Below the pieces are notes generated by a model. That model was not told where the DNA came from. It saw nothing but the letters and a program-made list of their open reading frames with translations, and ran no database searches. The position numbers and the translations under genes are program-made. 64,000 bases of DNA from a bacterium (lineage in GTDB: Bacteria; Calditrichota; Calditrichia; RBG-13-44-9), in contig CP070707.1 of NCBI GenBank assembly GCA_020350205.1, positions 3,163,563-3,227,562 on the forward strand, given 5' to 3'. Below are positions 1 to 9,191 of the stretch, piece after piece. Position 1 is the stretch's first letter. Every line of letters begins with the position of its first letter.

Positions 1-33
1 TTTTGACTCACCTTACCTCCGTCTGCTTCCGGG

Positions 34-477
34 TTATTTGTTTATGATAGCGCCTTCATTGATCCAGGTTCGGATAGCAGTTATTTTATTTATACTCAGT
101 GGGGCACGTCCTCTTGGCATCCTGGGAATTCCCATATAATCACTAAGTAATACCAGATAAAGACGGCTTTGATCTGCATTAAAGGCAATTACCACTGGAC
201 CATTTTCGCTGATAAAAGTGGGTGTCAGGGTTTCCAGATCCAAACCGCTGGCAGGTGAACTGCTGGTGTGGCACCCGCTATTTGCACAATCTCTTTGAAA
301 TATGGGTTGGATATGTTCGATGAAACTTAAGTTAGAATCCGGATAGACGATTTCCTGCGGCTCATTCGTACTTTTCTTGCATTGCTGAAAAAGCAGGGTA
401 GTGGCCAGAATCATCAGTAAAATAAGGAACGGGATTCTCTTAAGTGTATTAAAGTTCATTTTATTTATCGCAGGCAT
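34..477 (-). CDS. small secreted lipoprotein with PSCyt1-like cytochrome-c-type domain (atypical C-x4-CH)
   Basis: 147-aa ORF. Hydrophobic N-terminus ends in QQC (lipobox-like). 'IQPIFQRDCANSGCH...GLDLE...GPVV...RMP' resembles the planctomycete-type cytochrome c (PSCyt1) signature, but the Cys spacing is C-x4-CH rather than CxxCH. Confidence 0.4.
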   Translation of the reverse strand: MPAINKMNFNTLKRIPFLILLMILATTLLFQQCKKSTNEPQEIVYPDSNLSFIEHIQPIFQRDCANSGCHTSSSPASGLDLETLTPTFISENGPVVIAFNADQSRLYLVLLSDYMGIPRMPRGRAPLSINKITAIRTWINEGAIINK

Positions 478-587
478 ATAATTTCCTGATATTAAAATGT
501 GAAAGAAAAATTAATTCAAAATTTATAAAATTGTGCCTTATATTTAAAATAATTTATTAGAATTCATCAATTTACCCACGAGCGAAT

Positions 588-2102
588 ATGGCAGAGTCTC
601 CATTATTGAATCAAATGCACAAGATTTTAATTGTTGATGATGAGCCGGCATTCCAGAAATTGATGAAATCGCAGTTGGAAGAGAAGAATTATAAAGTATA
701 TAACTGTCTTGAAAGTGAGGCAGCACTTAAATTAATTGAGGAAATTTCCCCCCATCTGATTTTAATGGATATTATGATGCCGAAGGTGGATGGGTTTTCA
801 TTGATTAAGCGTATAAGAGAGCTGAATTTACGGTATTTTTTACCTATCGTTGTTGTTACTGCCAGGGATAAATCAAAAGAGTTGGCCCATTCTTTGGATA
901 TAGGTGCGGATGATTATATATCAAAACCTTTTGAATTTGATGAGTTGCTGGCCCGGATAAAAAATATGCTTCGTATAAAAAAACTTCAGGATTCCCTACT
1001 TAAAAAAACTGAAGAGGTCAATGAAGCCAATCTTAAAATTAACCATCTGAATCATATTCTCACTGACACCAACAAGGAGCTAAAGAAAAAGGTTTATGAC
1101 CTTCATAATATTTTTGAGATAAGTTTCAAAGTGATGGGACAGACTGAGAAAGACCGGCTGATCAGCACGGCTTTACTCAATGCCTTGGGAATTTTTACGG
1201 CCCGGAGTGCCATGCTGTTGCTATTGGAGCCAGACGATCGAAACGATCTTCAGGTCGCCGAGTCACGGGGATTTCTGGAAGATAAGGTTGATGAATTCTC
1301 AATTCCCCGAGATGATAAAATGGTAAAATATTTGGAATTTATTAAAAAACCGCTCATGCTAAAAGATGTGAACTATGAATTTGAAACTGTTATGCCAACC
1401 TTAGAGCAATTTGGTATCAAGGCATTGGCACCTCTATTTCAAGATGAGGAACTTATTGGTATATTGTGCCTGGGACCCAATGTTTCCAGCCAGGAATATT
1501 CAATTGATATTTTGGAGATGCTGGGTATTCTCACCAATATGTTATCCGTCGCCTTGCAGAATTCTAATCATTTTGAGCAGATTAAGGCCCTTTCCTACAC
1601 TGATGAAATGACTGGGCTTCATAATTATCGTTTTTTCAGCATGCGGCTCAAAGAGGAAATTTCCCGGGCAAAAAGAAATGAAACAAGCCTGTCTCTCCTC
1701 ATTCTGGATGTCGATTATTTCAAGAATTATAATGATGCATTAGGACATCCCGCGGGTGATGAAATATTAAGACAACTGAGTAAAATTCTCAGATCGACTG
1801 TGCGCGATAATGATATTGTGGCAAGATACGGCGGGGAAGAATTTGCCATCATCTTGCCCGCAACAGATGAAACCGGCGCCGGAACACTGGCAGACAGAAT
1901 CAGGACCAAGGTCGAGGAATACGAATTTCCCCATCAGGAAATCCAGCCGAACGGAACACTCACGATTAGCATTGGTATCGCATTATACCCGGATAATGCT
2001 TTTGACGCGGACGATGTTATTGTGGCAGCCGACCGTGCTTTATATTATGCCAAAGAACGTGGCAGAAATCGAGTTGTGCACTTCAAGGAGATCAAAACCT
2101 GA
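588..2102 (+). CDS. response regulator with REC-GAF-GGDEF architecture (diguanylate cyclase)
   Basis: N-terminal receiver (KILIVDDEP...LMDIMMPKVDG...VVVTA) with K at +1 of acidic pocket, a coiled-coil linker, a GAF-like middle, and a C-terminal GGDEF with intact RYGGEEF active-site motif and upstream I-site-like RxxD. The start may instead be the internal M at 615 (MHKILIVDD). Confidence 0.85.
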   Translation: MAESPLLNQMHKILIVDDEPAFQKLMKSQLEEKNYKVYNCLESEAALKLIEEISPHLILMDIMMPKVDGFSLIKRIRELNLRYFLPIVVVTARDKSKELAHSLDIGADDYISKPFEFDELLARIKNMLRIKKLQDSLLKKTEEVNEANLKINHLNHILTDTNKELKKKVYDLHNIFEISFKVMGQTEKDRLISTALLNALGIFTARSAMLLLLEPDDRNDLQVAESRGFLEDKVDEFSIPRDDKMVKYLEFIKKPLMLKDVNYEFETVMPTLEQFGIKALAPLFQDEELIGILCLGPNVSSQEYSIDILEMLGILTNMLSVALQNSNHFEQIKALSYTDEMTGLHNYRFFSMRLKEEISRAKRNETSLSLLILDVDYFKNYNDALGHPAGDEILRQLSKILRSTVRDNDIVARYGGEEFAIILPATDETGAGTLADRIRTKVEEYEFPHQEIQPNGTLTISIGIALYPDNAFDADDVIVAADRALYYAKERGRNRVVHFKEIKT

Positions 2103-2154
2103 TTCGAGGTGTTTAAAACATATTTTAATCGATCATTAGTCCGGATTCAAGAGT

Positions 2155-3288
2155 ATGCGAATTGGACTTGTATGCTATCCCACTTATGGGGGTAGTGGTG
2201 TTGTTGCCACAGAGTTAGGAAAAAATCTGGCGAGACGTGGACACGAAGTTCATTTCATTGCCTACGCCTTACCTTACCGGTTAAGTGAATATTATGAAAA
2301 TGTATTTTACCACGAAGTAAAAGTACTCGATTATCCTTTATTTGAATATCCCCCGTATTCATTAGCTCTGGCCAGTAAAATGGCAGAAATTGCACGTTAC
2401 CAGAATCTGGATCTTTTTCATGTTCATTATGCCATACCCCATGCCATATCGGCATACTTGGCCAAAGAAATGATCAAGGATCATCATCCCATTAAGATAA
2501 TCACCACATTGCATGGCACTGATATAACGCTGGTGGGAAAAGATCAATCCTTTCTTGAAGTTACTCGCTTCAGCATTGAAAAAAGTGATGCCGTCACTGC
2601 GGTTTCTCGTTATTTGCGTGACAAGACCATTGAATTTTTCAACATCGAAAAAAATATCGACGTTATCTATAATTTTATCGAGGAACAGCCGGAACAGAGA
2701 AAGAAATGTGATGAACTCCGACAACGGATTGCGCCCAATGGCGAGAAGATTATCTCCCATTTATCGAATTTCAGGCCGGTGAAACGGGTTGAAGATGTGA
2801 TTGGGGTTGCCTATAAAGTTTTACAGGAAATGCCGGTAAAAGTAATGATGATTGGAGATGGCCCCGAAAGATCAAAAGCCGAAGCACGGGCCAGAGAATT
2901 GAATATTGCTGAACATGTCCAGTTTCTCGGAAAGCAGGATAATGTTTATTTGCTGCTATCTTTGTCCGATGTTTTTATTATGCCCAGCAGTTTGGAAAGT
3001 TTTGGTCTGGCCGCGCTGGAAGCTATGGTATGTGGTATCCCCTGTATTACCAGTAATGCCGGCGGCCTGGTGGAGTTGGTGAGAGAAGGTATTTCAGGTT
3101 TCACAACTGAAGTCGGAGACGTGAATAAAATGGCTGAACATACTTTACGACTCTTGAAAAATCCGAAGCTACACATCAAGTTAGCTCAATCAACTCGTGA
3201 ATATGCTTTAGCCAACTTTCATGTGGATCAGATTATTCCGCAGTATATTGAACTTTATGAGAGAACCATCAACCTGAATCAAACCTAG
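2155..3288 (+). CDS. bshA: GT4 glycosyltransferase, BshA-like (N-acetyl-alpha-D-glucosaminyl L-malate synthase)
   Basis: N-terminus MRIGLVCYPTYGGSGVVATELGKNLARRGHEVHFI, plus TTLHGTDIT, SNFRPVKRV, GDGPE and the C-terminal E-x7-E region (ESFGLAALEAMVCGIPCI). These closely match my recollection of bacillithiol BshA. The assignment rests on motif similarity only. Confidence 0.65.
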   Translation: MRIGLVCYPTYGGSGVVATELGKNLARRGHEVHFIAYALPYRLSEYYENVFYHEVKVLDYPLFEYPPYSLALASKMAEIARYQNLDLFHVHYAIPHAISAYLAKEMIKDHHPIKIITTLHGTDITLVGKDQSFLEVTRFSIEKSDAVTAVSRYLRDKTIEFFNIEKNIDVIYNFIEEQPEQRKKCDELRQRIAPNGEKIISHLSNFRPVKRVEDVIGVAYKVLQEMPVKVMMIGDGPERSKAEARARELNIAEHVQFLGKQDNVYLLLSLSDVFIMPSSLESFGLAALEAMVCGIPCITSNAGGLVELVREGISGFTTEVGDVNKMAEHTLRLLKNPKLHIKLAQSTREYALANFHVDQIIPQYIELYERTINLNQT

Positions 3289-3289
3289 T

Positions 3290-4039
3290 ATGAATGCCAG
3301 CAGATGGTATCATAACTCCCCCGATCGTCCACTCCTTATTGGTCATCGTGGATCTCAACTCATTGAGAAATATCCTGAAAATTCAATTCCGGCCTTTAAA
3401 GAAGCCGTTCAATTAGGTGCCCAGGCGATTGAACTTGACGTTCAGCTTTCGGCAGATCGTAAATTGATGGTTTATCATGACCATACATTATCACGTTTGA
3501 TGGGGATAGACAAAAACCTCCGGAATTTTTCGTGTACCCAATTGAAAAATTTTCGTTTTGTCAATTTGGAAAAAGCAGAAAATATAACCATACCAACTCT
3601 ATCTGAGGTTTTTGAAAGCTTTGGTAATCATATATTTTATAATATTGAAATAAAGTCAGATTTTAAGTCGATTTCCCCTGTTATAAAAGAACTGTATCAA
3701 TGTATTGCGGATTTTAATCTTCAAAACAAGGTTTGGATTTCCAGTTTTGATCCCGTTGTTTTATGGCGCTGGCATCGCAAATATTCCGGAATTTCCCTGG
3801 CATTTCTGTTCGACAAATGGCGGTTTGCGGAAAAATGGATATGTCGGCAGCCGTTTATTGATATTTTGCATCCGGGAATAAATCTGATTTCTCATTTTGA
3901 AGCAATCTCAAATCCCGGAAAAGAAATTTGTTTCTGGACAGTCAATTCGGCTGATGATTTACAAATAATAAAAGGGCTGAATTTACTCGGAATCATTACA
4001 GATAATATTCCGAGTGTAAAACAAATATTCACGGCCTGA
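3290..4039 (+). CDS. glycerophosphodiester phosphodiesterase (GDPD family)
   Basis: LIGHRGS...ENSIPAF...IELDVQLSADRKLMVYHDHTLSRL matches the GDPD catalytic His/Glu/Asp motifs. The start is 2 bp after the bshA-like stop, so the two are tightly coupled. Confidence 0.85.
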   Translation: MNASRWYHNSPDRPLLIGHRGSQLIEKYPENSIPAFKEAVQLGAQAIELDVQLSADRKLMVYHDHTLSRLMGIDKNLRNFSCTQLKNFRFVNLEKAENITIPTLSEVFESFGNHIFYNIEIKSDFKSISPVIKELYQCIADFNLQNKVWISSFDPVVLWRWHRKYSGISLAFLFDKWRFAEKWICRQPFIDILHPGINLISHFEAISNPGKEICFWTVNSADDLQIIKGLNLLGIITDNIPSVKQIFTA

Positions 4040-4331
4040 TCAATAATAATTATCAGCTAGTCTTAATTTTTGACCAGAGAGATAATTACTGGTAATTTTC
4101 TTCCTGGCAGAGAGTGAAAAATTGAATTGTTGGGAATATTTTTCGATTCTATCGATTACCTGTGTATACATTGAGATACGCAGTGAGACATATTTAATGT
4201 CCAGTCAGAGGAACAATCGGACTATTTTTGGGTTTTAATGAATAAACCGATATTGAGTTTGTAGTGGCTTTTTAGTGCAATTTTTATTAAAATCCAACAG
4301 GTTTAATAAAACGGGTGAGGTTGAAGGAGGA

Positions 4332-7300
4332 ATGGACAGAGTAAGATTACTTATCCTGATAATAATCAGTGTTTTTGCCTGCCAGCAAGGTTTTGCTCAG
4401 TTCGGGAAAAATAAAATCCAATATGCCAAATTCGAGTGGCGCTTCATTCAGAGTAAACACTTCGATGTCTACTATTATCCGGGCGCTGAAAAACTTGCAG
4501 AATTTACCGCCGAGGTGGCGGAAGATGCTTATTTGCAGTTGAAACGTGATTATTCTTATGAGATAAAAGAGCGGTTGGTTTTTATTATCTATAAGTCGCA
4601 TAACGACTGGCAGCAGACCAATGTCGTTCTCAGTTATCTGGAGGAGGGAATTGGTGGAGTCACTGAATTATATAAGAACCGTATTGTGGTTCCGTTTGAG
4701 GGATCTTATGAACAATTTCGTCATGTTATACATCACGAATTGGTTCATGGTGTGATGAATGATTTGTTGTACGGCGGATCAATTCAGTCTTTACTGGTGG
4801 GGGAAGTGGTGCCCGTTCCGTTATGGGTTTCGGAAGGTTTAGCGGAATTTGGTTCAACCGGATGGGGCACCCGCACCGATATGATTGTCCGAGATGCGGT
4901 CTTGTCGGATTATATTCCACCGGTTCAATATTTGGAATATATTTTGGTGTATCAGGGTGGCAATTCATTATTCCGATATATTGCGGAAACCTATGGGCGG
5001 GAGAAAATCGGAGAGATTTTGCTCAAAGCCCGGGGAAATGTGGGTTTCCAACAGGTTCTCATTTCGGCAATTGGTCTGGACTATGAGGGTTTAACCGAGA
5101 AATGGCACCGCTGGCTGAAAAAGAACTATGCTCCTGAAGTGAATAACCGTCTCATTCCTAAGGAATTCAGTGAGCAGATGACCTACCATAAAAAATTGAA
5201 GAATTTTCTCAATGTAAGTCCAGCTATTACTCCGCAAGGGGACAAAATTGCCTACATCTCGGATCGATCCGGATATCAGAATATCTATCTCATGTCTGCA
5301 CTGGATGGTCAGGAATTGAGAACCCTTGTTAAGGGTCAAACTTCTGAAAGTTTTGAGGAATTGCATTTTCTCAGACCGGGAATGAGTTTTTCGCCCGATG
5401 GCAGACGACTTGCTTTTACTGCGAAGAGTGGGCAGTGGGATGCGATTTATATTAAAGACATATATACTGGCCGGACGGAGAAACACGTTATAAAAATGAA
5501 TGGTGTATTCACGACCTCCTGGTCTCCCGATGGTAAACGGATGGCTTTTGTAGGAAATAATGATGAAAAGAGTGATATTTTCATCTATGATCTGGAATCA
5601 AAAGAGATCACTGCAGTAACAAACGATCTGTTTACGGATGATCAACCTTCCTGGTCCCCGGATGGTCGTTATCTGGCATTTGTTTCGGATAGAGGTTATT
5701 ATCTTTCCGATAAAAATCTTGCGGATGATTTTAGCATGAGTGGGTACGACTATGAATTTCGGGACATTTATGTTGTTGATCTTGAAACAAGTGAAATTAC
5801 CCGTCATACCAATACCCCCTGGGAGGAAGCCTATCCTATTTTCTCGCCGGATGGAAAAAAACTTGCTTTTACCTCTGACGAAAGCGGGATATTCAATGTC
5901 TATTTTAAAGAGATTGATAGTGGTGATTATTACCCGGTGACGAATATCATGTCCGGAGTGCTTCAAATCCAATGGGATAAAGATGCGAATAAGCTGGTGT
6001 ATTCAACCTTTTATGATGGTGGTTTTGATATATACCTGATCAATAATCCGCTTGAAATGGATCGTCAGGAATTGAAGCTAACAGAGTTTGCCCAAAGCAT
6101 GCGGAATGGAAAATTGCCAATTTATGCTAAAAATTGGTATCCGGCAGAAGATGATGAGAAAAAGGTTGAGAAAGATCCTCAGGAAGAGATGCAGGGCGAG
6201 CAACCGGCAGATTACAGTAATTATGTATTTGGGACCTATCGGCCCCGCCAGGAGAGAAAATCGCCCCGCGAGGTGGAAATTCCTGATTTTAAATTGAAAG
6301 ACGAATTTGGAAATTACAAATCCAGAAAATATAAAATTAAATTTTCACCTGATCTTGTTACAGGTGCTGCCGGTTATAATACATTTTTCGGTTTTCAAGG
6401 TTACACATCTTTTGCTTTCAGTGATTTACTGGGTGATCATCAAATTATGCTGAATGCTTCACTCTGGACCGATCTCCGCAACAGTAATTTTGCGTTGATG
6501 TATTATTATTTAAAAAGACGGGTTAATTATGGTGTAGGCGGATTCCATCTGGTTTATTTATTATCCAATGGATACACGATACTCCGATACCGGAATTATG
6601 GTTTAAACTTTATGGCTTCTTATCCATTGAGCCGCTTCGATCGCTTGGATTTTATGTTTATTTGGTATAATGTGAATCTGGAATATCTTGATTTTGGTAT
6701 TCCGGTGGAGAAAATCAGTGCCTGGCTTCCGGAAATTCAGTATGTTCATGATAATGTTTTGTGGGGATTCAGATGGGGTATCCCCTCACCGGTGAGTGGC
6801 AGCCGCTATAATATTTCTGCACGGTTAAGTCCCAAGTTCAGTGACGTCAACCTGGATTTCCGAACCTTTAAATTTGATTATCGCCGCTATCTGATGCTTA
6901 GTCCTCAGTACCAGTTAGCAGTTCGGGCAACTGCCGGTGCCAGTTTTGGCCGCGATGCCCAGAATTTTTTCCTGGGAGGTATGGATAACTGGATCAATCC
7001 CAAATATAGCTCAGGAGGAAGAAGAGTAAATCGTATCCAGGATGTCTTTTTCTCCGAATTCATCACTCCTTTACGTGGTGCTTTTTATTATGAGCGTACC
7101 GGTAATCGGTTTTTCCTCATCAATAGCGAGTTCCGGTTTCCGCTCGTACAATACCTGCAACTGGGTTTTCCCCCGGTCAGTTTATTCAATGTAAGCGGTG
7201 TTGCCTTCTATGATATTGGCGCAGCCTGGTATCAGCAGGATACCCGCTGGTGGAGTCTGGATGAATTCCGTGGAATATCAAATGGTAAGTTCCAGGATCT

Positions 7301-7433
7301 TATCAGCGGTTATGGTTTAGGTGCCCGTATCTATTTCCTGGGATTTCTGGTCCGTTTCGATGTGGCCTGGCCGTATGATTTTGACAGAACGTATGATCCC
7401 ATATATTACTGGTCTCTGGGTCTTAATTTTTAA
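4332..7433 (+). CDS. outer-membrane multidomain protein: HExxH zinc-metallopeptidase-like domain + TolB-like PD40 beta-propeller + Omp85/bacterial-surface-antigen beta-barrel
   Basis: The ORF is open from 4275. The likely start is the ATG at 4332, directly after AGGAGG, giving signal peptide MDRVRLLILIIISVFACQQGFAQ. An HELVH motif sits about 150 aa in. Four or more PD40-type repeats follow (FSPDGRRLAF, WSPDGKRMAF, WSPDGRYLAF, FSPDGKKLAF). The C-terminal ~350 aa carry Omp85-type motifs (FLGG, LRG, ERTGN, amphipathic beta strands) and the protein ends ...SLGLNF. Confidence 0.75.
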   Translation: MDRVRLLILIIISVFACQQGFAQFGKNKIQYAKFEWRFIQSKHFDVYYYPGAEKLAEFTAEVAEDAYLQLKRDYSYEIKERLVFIIYKSHNDWQQTNVVLSYLEEGIGGVTELYKNRIVVPFEGSYEQFRHVIHHELVHGVMNDLLYGGSIQSLLVGEVVPVPLWVSEGLAEFGSTGWGTRTDMIVRDAVLSDYIPPVQYLEYILVYQGGNSLFRYIAETYGREKIGEILLKARGNVGFQQVLISAIGLDYEGLTEKWHRWLKKNYAPEVNNRLIPKEFSEQMTYHKKLKNFLNVSPAITPQGDKIAYISDRSGYQNIYLMSALDGQELRTLVKGQTSESFEELHFLRPGMSFSPDGRRLAFTAKSGQWDAIYIKDIYTGRTEKHVIKMNGVFTTSWSPDGKRMAFVGNNDEKSDIFIYDLESKEITAVTNDLFTDDQPSWSPDGRYLAFVSDRGYYLSDKNLADDFSMSGYDYEFRDIYVVDLETSEITRHTNTPWEEAYPIFSPDGKKLAFTSDESGIFNVYFKEIDSGDYYPVTNIMSGVLQIQWDKDANKLVYSTFYDGGFDIYLINNPLEMDRQELKLTEFAQSMRNGKLPIYAKNWYPAEDDEKKVEKDPQEEMQGEQPADYSNYVFGTYRPRQERKSPREVEIPDFKLKDEFGNYKSRKYKIKFSPDLVTGAAGYNTFFGFQGYTSFAFSDLLGDHQIMLNASLWTDLRNSNFALMYYYLKRRVNYGVGGFHLVYLLSNGYTILRYRNYGLNFMASYPLSRFDRLDFMFIWYNVNLEYLDFGIPVEKISAWLPEIQYVHDNVLWGFRWGIPSPVSGSRYNISARLSPKFSDVNLDFRTFKFDYRRYLMLSPQYQLAVRATAGASFGRDAQNFFLGGMDNWINPKYSSGGRRVNRIQDVFFSEFITPLRGAFYYERTGNRFFLINSEFRFPLVQYLQLGFPPVSLFNVSGVAFYDIGAAWYQQDTRWWSLDEFRGISNGKFQDLISGYGLGARIYFLGFLVRFDVAWPYDFDRTYDPIYYWSLGLNF

Positions 7434-7462
7434 GGGGTTGACTTAAAATTTACCTTATTAAA

Positions 7463-7492
7463 ACCTGCAGCCCTGTTCTGCAGGTTTTTTTT
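7463..7492 (+). terminator. rho-independent terminator after the large outer-membrane protein gene
   Basis: ACCTGCAG-ccctgtt-CTGCAGGT gives a perfect 8-bp stem, followed by TTTTTTTT. Confidence 0.8.
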
Positions 7493-7802
7493 ATAATAGT
7501 ATTCACCCGGTACATTTTTAAAGGCCGTGTTTTGCGGCTATGGATTTTTTGAACGATACAGCTCCATTTATTATCAAATTAATTTCTGTCGCTAGGACGT
7601 TTACGCTGGAAAACTACGGTGCTATGGGTGGAACATCCGACAGGTAAATAGCGGAAGTTGGAGAGATTTTCTGAGGACATTTTTAGATACATTTCTGTGA
7701 TATTTTATCTGTGACACCCGATAAATTCAGAATTAGTTTTTGATCACAGCTAATCTGCGGCGTATATTTGAAATGAACTCACATACAAATTTGACCAATC
7801 CC

Positions 7803-9191
7803 ATGGTAAAAGTAAAAACTGTTTATATCTGTAATTCCTGTGCTTATGAAACGCCAAAATGGGCAGGTAAATGTCCGGAATGTGGTAGTTGGAACAGTTT
7901 TGAGGAAACTGAAATTAGGCCAAGCCAACAACAGAAGGGGGCGTCACGAGAACATAATTCACCGAGATTACTATCGGAAGGTACCGACACACCTGATATT
8001 CGAATCGTAAGTGGCATCAATGAATTTGACAGGGTTCTGGGGGGTGGTGTTTTTCCGGGATCGGTCTCTTTAATTGCCGGAGATCCCGGTATCGGTAAAT
8101 CGACTCTACTCTTACAGGTCTCCGGAGAGTTTGTTAAAAAGAATAAAAAGGTTTTGTATGTAAGTGCCGAGGAATCTTTCAGACAGATCAGGGGAAGAGC
8201 CAAACGTCTGGAATTGATTGATTTCCCGCTTCCTCTTTTGGTTGAAACAGAACTTGAAGAAATTCTCTTCCAAATTGAACAGCAGGACCCTGATGTGGTA
8301 ATTATTGACTCAATTCAGGCGGTTTTTTCCCAGAACGTATCCGGAGCACCTGGCAATGTAAGTCAGATACGGGAATGTTCCTCCAGGCTTTTCAGGACTG
8401 CCAAGGAAAAGGGGTGGTCACTTTTTCTGGTGGGTCATATTACCAAGGAGGGCAGTATAGCCGGACCTAAAATTTTGGAACATATGGTTGATGTGGTCAT
8501 CTATTTTGAGGGTGATTCCCTGTATCAATATCGAATTTTACGGTCGCTGAAAAATCGCTATGGTCCGACCCATGAGCTTGGTTTATTTCTGATGGATCAG
8601 GAAGGGCTCAAAGAAGTACAAAATCCTTCTCAGCTATTCATCAGCCATACTGAGGAAATCAGAACAGGTGCGAGTATCACTTGCAGTTTCGAAGGTTCCC
8701 GTCCAATTCTTGTTGAGGTTCAAGCACTGGTTTCGCGAACGAATTACGGTATACCCCAAAGAACTGTAAGTGGTTTCGATCAGAAAAAGCTAGCCCTGAT
8801 CCTGGCTATTCTGGAAAAACATTGTGGGCTTAATTTTTCATTTTATGATGTTTTTATTAAAATTGCCGGAGGCTTGAGGATCGATGATCCTGGTATTGAT
8901 TTGAGTATTGCTGCGGCGATTCATTCCAGTTTAGTAAACCAGCCACTGGAAGCAAAAGCGGTATTCATTGGAGAGATTGGTCTGAACGGGGATGTGCGGC
9001 CAGTGAGTCAGATGGACAGGCGGATTGAAGAAGCGGTTAAATTAGGTTTTAACCGTGTTTTTATGCCGGAGATAAATTTGCACAAAATTAAAAAAATTGG
9101 CGTTGATCAAATTCATTCAATTAAAACAATTTCAGCATTGATCAATCAGAAAAACAGTCATCAAAGGACTCGAGTCAGTGAAACTTTATAA
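7803..9191 (+). CDS. radA: DNA repair protein RadA (Sms)
   Basis: N-terminal C4 zinc finger (CNSCAYETPKWAGKCPECGSW), Walker A GDPGIGKST, KNRYG motif (LKNRYGPT) and a Lon-like C-terminal domain. The ORF is open from 7740, but the conserved N-terminus begins at ATG 7803. Confidence 0.9.
   Translation: MVKVKTVYICNSCAYETPKWAGKCPECGSWNSFEETEIRPSQQQKGASREHNSPRLLSEGTDTPDIRIVSGINEFDRVLGGGVFPGSVSLIAGDPGIGKSTLLLQVSGEFVKKNKKVLYVSAEESFRQIRGRAKRLELIDFPLPLLVETELEEILFQIEQQDPDVVIIDSIQAVFSQNVSGAPGNVSQIRECSSRLFRTAKEKGWSLFLVGHITKEGSIAGPKILEHMVDVVIYFEGDSLYQYRILRSLKNRYGPTHELGLFLMDQEGLKEVQNPSQLFISHTEEIRTGASITCSFEGSRPILVEVQALVSRTNYGIPQRTVSGFDQKKLALILAILEKHCGLNFSFYDVFIKIAGGLRIDDPGIDLSIAAAIHSSLVNQPLEAKAVFIGEIGLNGDVRPVSQMDRRIEEAVKLGFNRVFMPEINLHKIKKIGVDQIHSIKTISALINQKNSHQRTRVSETL

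Noticed and set aside
1810-2139. 109-aa plus-strand ORF overlapping the 3' end of the GGDEF gene in another frame
   Set aside because: It is an out-of-frame overlap with the conserved GGDEF C-terminus, has a Pro/Ser-rich low-complexity translation, and has no RBS.
2362-2760. 132-aa minus-strand ORF inside the bshA-like gene
   Set aside because: It is antisense to a well-supported GT4 gene, with no RBS and no recognisable motif.
5091-5972. Two minus-strand ORFs (131 and 124 aa) inside the 1033-aa outer-membrane protein gene
   Set aside because: They are embedded antisense in a long ORF with clear domain signatures and have no independent support.
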